Source of the DNA: Candidatus Hydrogenedentota bacterium
Lineage (GTDB): Bacteria; Hydrogenedentota; Hydrogenedentia; Hydrogenedentales; SLHB01
Direction: 5' to 3'
DNA length: 64,000 nucleotides
Assembly: GCA_963668025.2 (NCBI GenBank)
Contig: CAXXTH010000023.1
Coordinates: forward strand, 96,001-160,000
Shown here one piece after another: positions 10,237-20,643 of this stretch; position 1 is the first letter of the stretch, and each line of letters starts with the position of its first letter. Below the pieces are notes generated by a model. That model had not been told where the DNA came from and made no database searches. It worked only from the letters and a program-made list of their open reading frames with translations. The translations under genes and the position numbers were made by a program.

Positions 10237-11997
10237 ATGGACGGTAGTCAAGGTCAAGTGGTGAAAGTGTCCGGACCCCTCGTGGTGGCGCGGGGGCTTG
10301 CGGGTGCCCGCATGTACGAAATGGTCCGTGTGGGTGAAGCGCGCCTGTTCGGTGAAATCATCGAGATCCGGGGAGATGAGTACTCGATCCAGGTCTACGA
10401 GGAGACCGAAGGCATCGGCCCAGGCCAGCCCGTCTGGCGGACGGGCGAGCCGTTGAGCGTCGAGCTCGGGCCGGGCCTGATCCGTTCGATCTATGACGGC
10501 GTGCAGCGGCCGCTGGACGCTTTGGCGCGTGATTTTGGCGATTTCATCGAGCGTGGCGCGGCGCGTCCGGCGCTTGATCGCACCGCCCAATGGGAGTTTA
10601 TCCCATGCGTCAAAACCGGCGATACGGTTTCGCCTGGCGATGTGCTGGGAACCGTTCAAGAAAGCAAGATCGTCGTCCATAAAATCATGGTTCCCGCGGA
10701 AAAAGGCGGAACGGTCACCCGTATTGCGCCAGTCACGGGAAATGTGGAGACGGAAGTCGCGGTGCTTGAAACTTCCTCGGGGCCGCTATCGCTCACGATG
10801 GTGCAGCGCTGGCCCGTACGACTTTCACGCCCTGTACGCCGGAAATTGCCGCCGACCGAGTTCCTCACCACCGGCCAGCGGGTAATTGATATGTTCTTCC
10901 CGCTCACGAAGGGCGGCACGGCGTGTGTTCCCGGCCCCTTCGGCAGCGGAAAGACGGTCGTTCAGCATCAGCTCGCCAAATGGGCGGATGCGCAGATTAT
11001 TGTATATGTAGGCTGCGGCGAGCGCGGCAATGAAATGACCGACGTGCTCATGGAATTCCCGCACCTCAAAGATCCCCAGTCGGGCGAACCCCTCATGGAG
11101 CGCACCGTACTGGTGGCGAATACCTCAAACATGCCGGTGGCCGCGCGCGAAGCGAGCGTGTTTACGGGCATTTGCATCGCGGAATACTTCCGCGACATGG
11201 GCTACTCGGTGGCGTTGATGGCCGACTCGACCAGCCGCTGGGCGGAAGCCATGCGCGAGATCTCGGGCCGCCTCGAGGAAATGCCCGGCGAAGAAGGCTA
11301 TCCTGCCTATCTAGGTTCGCGTATCGCCAGTTTCTATGAACGTTCCGGTTCCGTCGTGTGCCTGGGTTCCGAAGAGCGTAAAGGCTCGCTTTCTCTTATC
11401 GGCGCGGTGTCGCCTCCGGGTGGCGACCTATCGGAGCCCGTCGTGCAGGCGACGTTGCGCGTGGTGAAAGTGTTCTGGGGCTTGGATGCCAATTTGGCCT
11501 TCGCGCGCCATTTCCCGGCCATCAATTGGCTCACTTCATACAGCTTATATCAAGAAACCGTGGATGCGCGCGCCAATGAAACCGTCGATCCAAAATGGTC
11601 CAGCGTACGCCTGCGGGCCATGGGGCTCCTCCAGCGTGAAGCCGAACTGGATGAACTGGTCCGGTTGGTTGGCATGGACGCGCTGGCCCATGAAGACCGC
11701 CTCTTGATGCAGGCCGCTAAGATGATTCGTGAAGACTTTCTGCATCAGAACGCCTTCGACGAGCGCGATACCTATACGTCGCACCCGAAGCAATTCCGCA
11801 TGTTATCGCTGATTTTGCATTATTTCGACGCCGTGCGCCCAGCGCTTCAAGAAGGTGTGACGCTTCATCACTTGCTAAACCTAAACGAGCTGGAAGCTAT
11901 CGCCAAAGCGAAGTTGATCCCTGAAGACGGCCTAGAGCAATTCGCGGCGATTGAGCAGCGCATCACGGAATCCATCGCGGCGCTGCCCAGATCGTAA
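10237..11997 (+). CDS. atpA: V/A-type ATPase catalytic subunit A
   Basis: Walker A GPFGSGKT, GCGERGNEM, PGEEGYPAYL. Confidence 0.97.
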   Translation: MDGSQGQVVKVSGPLVVARGLAGARMYEMVRVGEARLFGEIIEIRGDEYSIQVYEETEGIGPGQPVWRTGEPLSVELGPGLIRSIYDGVQRPLDALARDFGDFIERGAARPALDRTAQWEFIPCVKTGDTVSPGDVLGTVQESKIVVHKIMVPAEKGGTVTRIAPVTGNVETEVAVLETSSGPLSLTMVQRWPVRLSRPVRRKLPPTEFLTTGQRVIDMFFPLTKGGTACVPGPFGSGKTVVQHQLAKWADAQIIVYVGCGERGNEMTDVLMEFPHLKDPQSGEPLMERTVLVANTSNMPVAAREASVFTGICIAEYFRDMGYSVALMADSTSRWAEAMREISGRLEEMPGEEGYPAYLGSRIASFYERSGSVVCLGSEERKGSLSLIGAVSPPGGDLSEPVVQATLRVVKVFWGLDANLAFARHFPAINWLTSYSLYQETVDARANETVDPKWSSVRLRAMGLLQREAELDELVRLVGMDALAHEDRLLMQAAKMIREDFLHQNAFDERDTYTSHPKQFRMLSLILHYFDAVRPALQEGVTLHHLLNLNELEAIAKAKLIPEDGLEQFAAIEQRITESIAALPRS

Positions 11998-12011
11998 AAA
12001 AAAAGGCTTGC

Positions 12012-12353
12012 ATGAAAACACTCGAAGAAACAGCGGTAATCTCTGATTCAGATCGAGCGCTTCTGCATGAAGTGAAAAACGTTATCCAGCAGAAGCTTCC
12101 AAATGCCACTGTGTTTTTGTATGGGAGCGTGGCCCGGGGAGATCGACGGCCAGAATCGGATTACGATCTCCTCATATTAACGGACGAATCACTTAAATAT
12201 GACCAAAAAGACACCGTACAAGAGGTGGTATATTATTTTGAGCTAGAGCACAATGTGGTGCTTTCGACCGTTTTTTTTACAAAGGCGCACTGGTTTGAAC
12301 ATCCGCAACTGCCTTTGCATGTATCGATTGAGCGTGATGGCGTGCAATTGTGA
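12012..12353 (+). CDS. Minimal nucleotidyltransferase (MNT), putative antitoxin
   Basis: LYGSVARGDRRPESDYDL (GS-x10-DxD); overlaps the HEPN gene start (GTGA). Confidence 0.88.
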   Translation: MKTLEETAVISDSDRALLHEVKNVIQQKLPNATVFLYGSVARGDRRPESDYDLLILTDESLKYDQKDTVQEVVYYFELEHNVVLSTVFFTKAHWFEHPQLPLHVSIERDGVQL

Positions 12354-12748
12354 ATGAGGAAATTCAGACTTATATCCAATATCGTATGCAGATGGCGGCG
12401 GAAGCGCTGGCCATGGGCGAAGAAGGCATCAAAAAGGGCTTTCTTCACAGTGCGGTCAATCGCTTGTATTATGCTTGCTTTTATATGGTGACTGCGTTAT
12501 TGCTTATTGAAAACATGCAGGCATCAAAACACAGTGGAGTAGAAGCCCTTTTTAACCGGCATTGGATTGCCACAGGCCGTTTGCCTGTGGCTTTAGGCAA
12601 GCACTTTAGCTTGATGATGAAACGCCGGCATCAAAGCGATTATGTGGATATGATGGACTTGGAGCCTGAACAAGTAGCAAACTGGCAAGCCGATACGAAA
12701 CGTTTTATCGAAACATTACGAGATGAGATTTCAGGCCATTTGCGGTAG
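12350..12748 (+). CDS. HEPN domain protein, putative toxin/partner of MNT
   Basis: SAVNRLYYACF, SKHSGV, RHQSDY (R-x4-Y type HEPN). Confidence 0.88.
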   Translation: MNEEIQTYIQYRMQMAAEALAMGEEGIKKGFLHSAVNRLYYACFYMVTALLLIENMQASKHSGVEALFNRHWIATGRLPVALGKHFSLMMKRRHQSDYVDMMDLEPEQVANWQADTKRFIETLRDEISGHLR

Positions 12749-12853
12749 ATTTTATTCCTAAACGCCTGTACATCAATTTGAATCAGATTGCGGATAACAG
12801 AAGCCATAATTAAGCTTGGTACAGAAAAATATCTTCACGTAGAGGTGCATAAC

Positions 12854-14236
12854 ATGGCGACAGTGATGAAAGAATACCGGACCGTACGGCAGATCATCGG
12901 GCCTTTGATGCTCGTTGAAGGCGTCGAAGGAGTCACCTACGGCGAACTGACGGATATCGCCTTGGACGACGGCACGGTGCGCCGCGGGCGTGTACTCGAG
13001 GTCAACGGCGATAAGGCCATGGTGCAGGTTTTCGAAGGCACGAGCGGCCTCGCCCTTCGGGATATTAAGGTCAAGTTTCTAGGAAAAGGCATTGAGCTTG
13101 GTGTTTCTAGTGACCTTCTCGGCCGTGTGTTCGACGGATTCGGCCGTCCCATCGACGACGGCCCGGCCATCATCCCGGAGAAATATCTCAATATCAACGG
13201 CAATCCCATGAATCCCTTCGCGCGGGATTATCCGAACGAGTTCATCCAGACAGGCATATCGACCATCGATTTGCTGAACACGCTCGTGCGTGGCCAGAAA
13301 TTGCCTATTTTCTCGGCGTCCGGCCTTCCGCATTCGCGCATCGCCGCCCAAATCGCCCGGCAGGCGTCCGTGCTTAAAACGGGCGAAAAGTTCGCCGTGA
13401 TTTTCGCCGCCATGGGCATCACGTTCGAGGAAGCGGAGTTCTTCATCGCCGACTTCCGCCGTACAGGCGCCATCGAGCGCTCGGTGCTCTTCATGAATCT
13501 CGCCGATGATCCGCCCACGGAACGTATCGCGGTCCCGCGCATGGCCCTCACCGCCGCCGAATACCTGGCATATGAAAAAGGCATGCACGTGCTCGTGATC
13601 ATGACGGACTTGACCAACTACTGCGAGGCGTTGCGCGAGATTTCGGCTGCACGCAAAGAGGTGCCTGGCCGGCGCGGATATCCCGGTTATTTGTACACCG
13701 ACCTTTCAACCCTCTACGAACGTGCGGGGCGCATTAAAGGCCGTGAAGGCTCTATCACCCAGATCCCCGTGCTGACCATGCCGGAAGACGACAAAACGCA
13801 TCCGATCCCGGACCTTACGGGTTACATCACCGAGGGGCAGATCATCATCAACCGCAGCCTTCACGCCCAAGGCATCTATCCGCCCGTGGACGTGCTCCCG
13901 TCGCTGTCACGCCTCAAGGACAAGGGTATTGGCAAGGGCAAGACACGCGAAGACCACGCGGATGTCATGAACCAGCTTTATTCCGCTTATGCCCGTGGTA
14001 AAAACTCGAAAGAGCTGGCCGTGGTGCTGGGAGAATCGGCCCTGAGTGAAGCGGATCTATTGTTCGTAAAATTCGCCGACGCCTTCGAGGACCGCTTCGT
14101 CCGGCAAGGCGAAAACGAGAATCGTACAATAGAAGAGAGCTTGGCGATCTCCTGGGAGTTGCTGGCGATGCTGCCTCGAGGCGAACTCAAGCGCATCCGG
14201 GATGAATATATCGAGAAGTATTTGCCGAAGAAGTAA
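12854..14236 (+). CDS. atpB: V/A-type ATPase subunit B
   Basis: [49 protein letters not shown]; GAGGT RBS. Confidence 0.97.
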   Translation: MATVMKEYRTVRQIIGPLMLVEGVEGVTYGELTDIALDDGTVRRGRVLEVNGDKAMVQVFEGTSGLALRDIKVKFLGKGIELGVSSDLLGRVFDGFGRPIDDGPAIIPEKYLNINGNPMNPFARDYPNEFIQTGISTIDLLNTLVRGQKLPIFSASGLPHSRIAAQIARQASVLKTGEKFAVIFAAMGITFEEAEFFIADFRRTGAIERSVLFMNLADDPPTERIAVPRMALTAAEYLAYEKGMHVLVIMTDLTNYCEALREISAARKEVPGRRGYPGYLYTDLSTLYERAGRIKGREGSITQIPVLTMPEDDKTHPIPDLTGYITEGQIIINRSLHAQGIYPPVDVLPSLSRLKDKGIGKGKTREDHADVMNQLYSAYARGKNSKELAVVLGESALSEADLLFVKFADAFEDRFVRQGENENRTIEESLAISWELLAMLPRGELKRIRDEYIEKYLPKK

Positions 14237-14490
14237 TGGACATACTACTTCATCCACATGCTATAGAGCGGGCGCATGAACGCGGAGCTACGGTGGAGGA
14301 GATTGAGTTAACCGTCAAAAATGGTGAACAATTCCCTGCTAAATTTGGGCGGGTGGCTTTTCACCACACCTTTGGGTGTAATAATTTTTGGAAAGGAAAG
14401 TGGTATAATTTTAAGCAAGTGGAAGCGATAGCAGTCGAGTCTGAGCAGGGTTGGTTAGTTTTGACGGTAATAGTCCGTTTCCATTTGTGA
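14236..14490 (+). CDS. DUF4258-like (RelE/BrnT-fold) putative toxin
   Basis: HPHAIERAHERGATVEEI; start overlaps the atpB stop (TAATG); lower GC. Confidence 0.7.
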   Translation: MDILLHPHAIERAHERGATVEEIELTVKNGEQFPAKFGRVAFHHTFGCNNFWKGKWYNFKQVEAIAVESEQGWLVLTVIVRFHL

Positions 14491-14498
14491 GGCAAGCC

Positions 14499-14738
14499 AT
14501 GCGACTAACATATGATCCAACAGCCAACATCGCCTATATCCGGTTTCGCGAAGCCGAGGTTGAAATCGAAACCCTTCATATTAGCGATGAGTTGAATGTG
14601 GATATAGCGCCTGATGGCGAAGTATATGGCATAGAATTGTTGAACGCAAACGCACAGCTAGGCGGAAAAGGTCTTCCGAAAGTGGTGTTTGAAAACGCAC
14701 TTTCTGGCGGAGTCACTGAAATGAAGCTGCCTAGTTGA
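14499..14738 (+). CDS. DUF2283 family protein, putative antitoxin
   Basis: MRLTYDPTANIAYIRF...LNVDIAPDGEVYGIELLNA. Confidence 0.85.
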   Translation: MRLTYDPTANIAYIRFREAEVEIETLHISDELNVDIAPDGEVYGIELLNANAQLGGKGLPKVVFENALSGGVTEMKLPS

Positions 14739-14780
14739 CAGTAATAAGCCTTTTCAAGTAAGGCGATAGGAAACGCAACG

Positions 14781-15419
14781 ATGCGGCTAGCGGTTAATCC
14801 GACGCGAATGGAATTGCTGCGCCTGCGCAAGCGGCAGGCCGTGGCCGTGCGCGGCCACAAGCTCCTCAAGGACAAGCTGGATGGGCTCATGAAGGAGTTC
14901 ATCCAAATCGCCCATGAATACAAAGCCTATCGCGTCGAGGTGGACCGCGAGCTTCCAGCGGTGTTGCGTTTGTTTGCGTTAGCGGAAATCACCTCGTCCC
15001 GCCAGATCACCGAGAGCGCCCTGGAATCTACGCGCCAAGAACTATCGCTTACCATGAAGCCCCGCCGTATTATGAGTGTCGTCATACCGCAGTTAGAAGC
15101 CACTTTTGGCGAGGCTGGCGGCGGCTACTCTTTGGTTCACACCACGCAAGAACTCGATCAAGCCATCACTGGCCTGAAGCGATTCCTCCCAAAACTCTTG
15201 AAGATGACGGAGCTCGAGGAAACCGTGCGGCGGATGGCCAAAGAAATCGAGCAGACCCGCCGCCGCGTGAATGCCCTCGAGCATACCTTCATCCCGCGTA
15301 TGCAGGAAACGATCAAGTACATTACCAGCAAACTGGATGAGATGGAACGCTCGACGACAAGCCGTCTGATGAAGATCAAAGCCCAGCGCATCGCCGAAGA
15401 GCTCGCACTCGAACAATAG
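14781..15419 (+). CDS. atpD: V/A-type ATPase subunit D
   Basis: VNPTRMELLRL..RGHKLLKDK, TRRRVNALEH. Confidence 0.96.
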   Translation: MRLAVNPTRMELLRLRKRQAVAVRGHKLLKDKLDGLMKEFIQIAHEYKAYRVEVDRELPAVLRLFALAEITSSRQITESALESTRQELSLTMKPRRIMSVVIPQLEATFGEAGGGYSLVHTTQELDQAITGLKRFLPKLLKMTELEETVRRMAKEIEQTRRRVNALEHTFIPRMQETIKYITSKLDEMERSTTSRLMKIKAQRIAEELALEQ

Positions 15420-15456
15420 GCTTCATTTGGCGTTTGCCGCCCTTTTGCCCGTAACG

Positions 15457-15609
15457 TTACGTCGCGGCTCCATCCGTGTGCTCAAACGGTTCTATATGCA
15501 CCAGCACATCTATGACATCCGGGCCTAAATTTAGCAGCCGGTGCTTGACGGCACCAGCGATGGTATCGCCTTCACGCACGGACAATAGCGGCTCCACTTT
15601 ACCACTCAT
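15457..15609 (-). pseudogene. C-terminal remnant of a cation diffusion facilitator (ZT_dimer domain)
   Basis: Manual translation MSGKVEPLLSVREGDTIAGAVKHRLLNLGPDVIDVLVHIEPFEHTDGAAT*; only 50 aa and no membrane domain upstream. Confidence 0.7.
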
Positions 15610-15745
15610 AATAAATACTCATAATAAATACGGCTCAAATCAATTATTGCTGCTCATACAGCCCAAAATGGCGCATGCCCAATTGTCTGCATTTCAGGAC
15701 AATTGGGCATGCGCCATTTCGTTCGCTTACTGCGCATAGTGGCGG

Positions 15746-16804
15746 TTACGCCCGATATATGCTCCGGCCGATACCGATGGCCATGCGGCATGCCTCGACT
15801 GTATCAAGGGCCACGGGCGTCACTCTTTTGGCGTTTTCGCACAAGAATTCACGCACGGCCGCTTCATCGTTGTCGGGCGCATTAAACCGTTCGATAATAG
15901 GAGCGTTGAACGCGTTCACATGCTCCGCCAATGTGGTCTTGAGCGTGCCGTAGAACTTCTCGCCCCGGCGGTATTTTCCAACGAAATCAAGGTATACCTC
16001 AGCCGGTGCAAGAAGATGGAGCAAACGATACAAAGCGCCTACGCTGGCGGGCATCTTCGGGATGATCACATCCGGATCGTCGCTCTCCGTATCGAGAGGC
16101 GCGGGGTCCGTAGTGGTGGGCACGCTCTTGAGTTTCTTGAGGACGGCCTTGGGGTCATCCAGCAGATCGAGGGTGTTATGATCGCTTTTACCCATTTTTG
16201 CCGCGCCATCAAGGCCGGGCAGGCGCAACGCGTTGCGCGAAACGGGCGCGGGCACTTTAAGCGTTTCACCGAAACGGCTGTTAAACTTCTGTGCGATGTC
16301 CATGGCCATTTCCACATGCTGGCGCTGGTCGTCGCCTACGGGGACAATGTCGGCCTTCACGATCAAGATGTCCGCCGCCATGAGCACCGGATAACCGAGC
16401 AGGCCGTACGAAAGTGGGTTGCCCTCCATGCCTTCGCGCTGTTCAAGCTTGTTCATCTTGTCTTTGTAGGTCGTGCCGCGCTCGAGATGGCCGATATTGG
16501 TCACCATGCCTAGAAGAAGGCTCAGCTCCGCCGTGCATGGCAAGTCGCTTTGGCGGTAGATCACGGATTGACTCGGATCGAGCCCGCAGGCCACATAGGT
16601 GCGCAGCATATCAATGGTCTGCTGGTAGAAATTGGTAGGCTCGGAGATCGTGGTTAATGCGTGATAATCCGCAATAAAGTAATAGCATCGATCGCCCTGC
16701 TCCTGGCGCTGGACGAAATGCTGGATCGCACCAAAATAATTGCCATAATGCAGCCGCCCTGTCGGGCGTATGCCGGAAAGGATGATTTTTCTCTCGTCAG
16801 CCAT
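15746..16804 (-). CDS. trpS: Tryptophan--tRNA ligase
   Basis: SGIRPTGRLHYGNY (HIGH-like), YPVLMAADIL, VPVGDDQRQH, KMGKS. Confidence 0.96.
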   Translation of the reverse strand: MADERKIILSGIRPTGRLHYGNYFGAIQHFVQRQEQGDRCYYFIADYHALTTISEPTNFYQQTIDMLRTYVACGLDPSQSVIYRQSDLPCTAELSLLLGMVTNIGHLERGTTYKDKMNKLEQREGMEGNPLSYGLLGYPVLMAADILIVKADIVPVGDDQRQHVEMAMDIAQKFNSRFGETLKVPAPVSRNALRLPGLDGAAKMGKSDHNTLDLLDDPKAVLKKLKSVPTTTDPAPLDTESDDPDVIIPKMPASVGALYRLLHLLAPAEVYLDFVGKYRRGEKFYGTLKTTLAEHVNAFNAPIIERFNAPDNDEAAVREFLCENAKRVTPVALDTVEACRMAIGIGRSIYRA

Positions 16805-16995
16805 AATAAACCTCTTGTTAATCGATTTTGGTTCCGCAGGATGCAATAAGGCGTGATGATACCGTAAATGCATTGGGCTCTTCCAGGGAAAATACGATAA
16901 AATACATGATAAAGACGAAGACAGGAAACCTGTTTTGATAACGGCATTGAAACGCATGGTGCGTCATGGCCGCAACCAAAGATCTGGATTATAGA

Positions 16996-17049
16996 GCACT
17001 AAATACACTAAATACACTAAAATTTAGATGACATAAAATTTAGATAACT
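16996..17049. repeat. Degenerate periodic hairpin element (3 x 9 nt left arm)
   Basis: GCACTAAAT ACACTAAAT ACACTAAAA followed by two TTTAGAT units. Confidence 0.5.
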
Positions 17050-17491
17050 AGGGTGGAGCTTGCCCCACCGTTCAAAGGATTCATCGACCAAAATGCTATG
17101 TAAAAACCGGTAACATTTTAGCCGATTGAAGTAGCATCTGATCTTTGGCAGCCTTGTTTATTGCCTTGGACCGGTGTTGATGGATCATTCCGCATATGAC
17201 GACTGACGCCCTCGCCGGTCATTCTTCACCACTTGGCTAAATTGTTACGAATTTTTCAATGTAATTGCCTGTACGGACGCCTAGCTAATCTGAGAATATC
17301 TCTCTATAATACCCACCAGATTTTTGGCGATTGGCCCACCATCGTGTCCATTCGTGATTTACAAAGACAAAACGATTCCAGTTGGCATTAACGAGTCAAA
17401 TCCCAGTCAGGACGCATTGTGCGTTTGAATGAATTCATGCCGCATTAAGTTACCGAGTATTTTTCTTGATGGCGGCTAGAGGAGCCTAAGG

Positions 17492-18652
17492 ATGGCGTTG
17501 CAGGAGGTTGAGATCGTTTCCATGGCCCATGGCGGGCGCGGTGTGGGGCGTATAGATGGGCAAGTGTGTTTCGTGGATGGCGGATTGCCCGGAGAACGCC
17601 TTTCCGTGCGCATCGACCGTAAATCAAAAGGTGTATTATGGGCTTCCATCGCGTCCATCCTCGAACCATCGCCCCATCGCATATCTCCCACATGCAGCGC
17701 CTTCGGCGCATGCGGCGGCTGTTCCTGGCTTCATTTCGCCTATCCTGCCCAAGAGGAATGGAAGCGCCGCATCGTGTCGGATGTATTCGCGCGCATTGGC
17801 GGGCTGGCAGTTGAACCCGGCTGGGCGGAAGAGCCTGATTTGCGGCTCGGCTACCGCACGCGGGCGGAATTTCACGGCGATGGCGTGAACTGGGGATTCT
17901 ACGCCAGCGGCAGCCATACGGTCGCGCCCATGGACTCGTGTGCCTTATGCCATCCCAAACTCAACGCGGCGTTTACGCGTTTGCGGGAGAAGAAACTGCG
18001 CGATGCGGTCGAGATTACGGTGAATCCGGATGGCGAGGAAGTGATGGCTTGGACGCGCTTGGCCCCGAGGCTTTTGCGCGGTTTTTTCCAGCAAGTGGAT
18101 GGCCCTGGGCGCGCCCCAGAAGCCCGGGCGCGATTTATGTTCGATGGCGCGCCCATCGTAAACGGCGCTTTCGCCCAATCGAGTCTGCTGCTCAACCGCA
18201 TGCTGGTCCGTATCGCGCACGAGGCGGTAGGCGGCGCATCGAGCGTGCTTGATCTGTATTGCGGCAATGGGAACTTATCACTGGGCCTCGTGGAGAAATC
18301 GCGTGTGCTGGGCATTGACCACAACCATGCCGCCGTGGGGGCCGCCGCCGCCGTGGGTGCGGGCGAATATGTGCAAGGGGGGGAGGACATGTTTTTACAG
18401 GCCCTCGCGCGGGAATCGTGGGACGCCGTGCTCCTTGATCCGCCGCGGACGGGAGCGAAAGAGATCATCGAGGCGCTCTGCGCACGCCATTCGGGCGTTA
18501 TCGTATATGTATCGTGTGATCCAGCTACACAAGCCCGTGATGCGCGGGCGCTCTGCGCCAGCGGCTGGCGAATCGACACCCTTACCGCCGTGGACATGTT
18601 TCCGAATACGCCCCATGTGGAAACCGTCTGCCGGTTCGTGCGTGCGGAATGA
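17492..18652 (+). CDS. RlmD/TrmA-family RNA uracil-C5 methyltransferase with TRAM domain
   Basis: TRAM N-terminus; Fe-S motif CSAFGACGGC; VLDLYCGNG, DPPRTG, YVSCDP, DMFPNTPHVE. Confidence 0.92.
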   Translation: MALQEVEIVSMAHGGRGVGRIDGQVCFVDGGLPGERLSVRIDRKSKGVLWASIASILEPSPHRISPTCSAFGACGGCSWLHFAYPAQEEWKRRIVSDVFARIGGLAVEPGWAEEPDLRLGYRTRAEFHGDGVNWGFYASGSHTVAPMDSCALCHPKLNAAFTRLREKKLRDAVEITVNPDGEEVMAWTRLAPRLLRGFFQQVDGPGRAPEARARFMFDGAPIVNGAFAQSSLLLNRMLVRIAHEAVGGASSVLDLYCGNGNLSLGLVEKSRVLGIDHNHAAVGAAAAVGAGEYVQGGEDMFLQALARESWDAVLLDPPRTGAKEIIEALCARHSGVIVYVSCDPATQARDARALCASGWRIDTLTAVDMFPNTPHVETVCRFVRAE

Positions 18653-18691
18653 GAATGGCGCATGTTGCATGAATCTTGGGATGGGCGGAGC

Positions 18692-19114
18692 TTACGTAGT
18701 GCCGCCGTGCTCCGCGAGATGGGTGTCTACGTCCCGATAGCCCATCTTGCGCGCCAGCATAAATGGAGTAAGCCCGCCGAATTCAGGAAGCGCCGCATTC
18801 ACATCCGCTCCCCGATTCACGAGCAGCTTCGCCATATCCAAGCAGCCGGTCAACGCCGCGTAATGCAATGGAGACAAGCCATTCTCGTCTTCTTCTTGCG
18901 GGCTTATCCCCTCTTCGATAAGCTCACGCACCCGCCGTACATTGGAATCGCGGATGCAGCGCCAGAATTCTTCCCGGCCTGGATGCCCTATGCCATCTTT
19001 TTCATGGGTGAGCATGTTAAGCATCTGCAGAATGGCCATGTCTGAACACAAAACCGCGCGAGTCACTGGCGTTTCACCTTCATCATCCATGACATGCATC
19101 CATTCATCCGCCAT
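18692..19114 (-). CDS. Ankyrin repeat protein
   Basis: GLSPLHYAALTGCLDMAKLLVNRGADVN; GLTPF..A. Confidence 0.85.
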   Translation of the reverse strand: MADEWMHVMDDEGETPVTRAVLCSDMAILQMLNMLTHEKDGIGHPGREEFWRCIRDSNVRRVRELIEEGISPQEEDENGLSPLHYAALTGCLDMAKLLVNRGADVNAALPEFGGLTPFMLARKMGYRDVDTHLAEHGGTT

Positions 19115-19283
19115 ACTCAATCCTGCCCGCCTGCTGTCCACTTGTTTCGATATGTAGTTCACGTAGCTAGATGCCCATTTAACATAAAATCGTGTCGCTC
19201 TTGCATATGCTGTTTAGAAGGACTGCCTCTGCAACTGCCGTGTCACTTTTTTCATAACGTGAAGCGGATGGGTGTATGAATGG

Positions 19284-19646
19284 CTACGATACTCGCTGCG
19301 AATGCGTATGGCGCAGCCGTGAGCGCTTCAACAACGCATAGGCCTCGTTCAGCGCACGCATGGTGTCGCCGTCTCCTCCGTGATCAGGGTGGTGAATTCT
19401 GGCCTTGGCCCGGTATGCGCGTTCGATCTCTTGCCAGGACGCTGAAGGAGATATCCCGAGCATTTGGCAGCATAGCGAGATAGCGGTTTCATCTGGGGCG
19501 GGCGGAGGAGGCTGGCATTCGCCGATTGTTTCTCCGCGAAGCTGCCGAATCCCTCGAATGACTTGCGGCCACACGCCGAAGCCGCTCAGGAGCAGGATGA
19601 TTCCAGCCAGTACGAGCAGTTCCTGCCATGACAGCCCTCCTAACAT
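19284..19646 (-). CDS. Small membrane-anchored J-domain protein
   Basis: N-terminal hydrophobic helix; LGISPSAS..EIERAYRAKARIHHPDHGG..LNEAY (HPD motif). Confidence 0.85.
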   Translation of the reverse strand: MLGGLSWQELLVLAGIILLLSGFGVWPQVIRGIRQLRGETIGECQPPPPAPDETAISLCCQMLGISPSASWQEIERAYRAKARIHHPDHGGDGDTMRALNEAYALLKRSRLRHTHSQRVS

Positions 19647-19684
19647 ACCCGGCTCTCTCCTTTACGGCGCGGTGCCACGATGTT

Positions 19685-20506
19685 CTACCGCCGCCGCTGT
19701 TTTTTCTCATCCTCAAACTTGAATATGTTGTCTATGGCGTCGCCGATATCCCCCTTTCGTGTGCGGGGGGATTGCTTGAACATCTGGCTCCACATCCGGC
19801 GGACATCAGGAGCCCACTTCATATACAGATATCCGGCCAGCATGCCGCCGAAATGGGTGGCCACGGACAGGTTGCTGCCGATTAGAAGCGCCGATACCAG
19901 GTTATACGCCACCACGATGGCGACAAGCGCCCGGGCGTTGATAGGAATAGGGAGGGGAAACAAAAAGATCTCCCGCTCGGGATTGATCATGGCGAAAGCG
20001 ACCAAAACTCCCAGCACGGCACCGCTGGCTCCCAGCACCAGTGGATTGCCGAAGCCAAGAGCCATTGGGATAAATGTCGCGAAAACGCCCAAAGCGCCGC
20101 AGAAGATGAAGAAACGGTAAAATTGGCGCGTGCCCAGCACGCGTTCCACCTCCGGCCCGAAAAAATAAAGAAAGAGCATGTTCTGAAACAGGTGCATCAA
20201 TCCCACATGGAGAAAGACATAGGTAACGGGAGTCCATAGCGCACCTTGGATGAAACGGGCCGGATCAAAAGCCAAAACCGATGTGAGCAGCCCCCCCGGC
20301 AAACCGGCAAATTCCGCAGGCCGGACCGCCCACCCGGGAATCCAGGCCTTTACCATGGCGGCCACATACAGCATAGGCGCGTCTGACAGCAACTGGACTG
20401 CAAACACGAGCACGTTCAATAAAATGATGCGCTGCACCGCACGTGTGACACGCGGGTATTGATATGCTGGCTGTGGTTGATACGTATAGAAATTCTGACG
20501 GTACAT
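19685..20506 (-). CDS. Rhomboid family intramembrane serine protease
   Basis: HLFQNM, GASGA (catalytic Ser), HFGG (catalytic His). Confidence 0.92.
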   Translation of the reverse strand: MYRQNFYTYQPQPAYQYPRVTRAVQRIILLNVLVFAVQLLSDAPMLYVAAMVKAWIPGWAVRPAEFAGLPGGLLTSVLAFDPARFIQGALWTPVTYVFLHVGLMHLFQNMLFLYFFGPEVERVLGTRQFYRFFIFCGALGVFATFIPMALGFGNPLVLGASGAVLGVLVAFAMINPEREIFLFPLPIPINARALVAIVVAYNLVSALLIGSNLSVATHFGGMLAGYLYMKWAPDVRRMWSQMFKQSPRTRKGDIGDAIDNIFKFEDEKKQRRR

Positions 20507-20643
20507 GTGCTCTCGTCCAGCATGCTGCTGAGGTTCTTTGCCTATGCTTGCCGTGAAGAGAATAGCATGCTCCGCCGCCGGGATGCGACAAACCGCTGCT
20601 TGCTTGATGTAAAAACGCAACACAAGTGATTGCCAGTATTCTG

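Noticed and set aside
17049-17071. Single REP-like hairpin TAGGGTGGAGCTTGCCCCACCG
   Set aside because: One imperfect copy in the window; insufficient support.
16805-17491. T-box or other leader RNA upstream of trpS
   Set aside because: No T-box consensus or terminator/antiterminator pair recognised; a covariance-model search would be needed.
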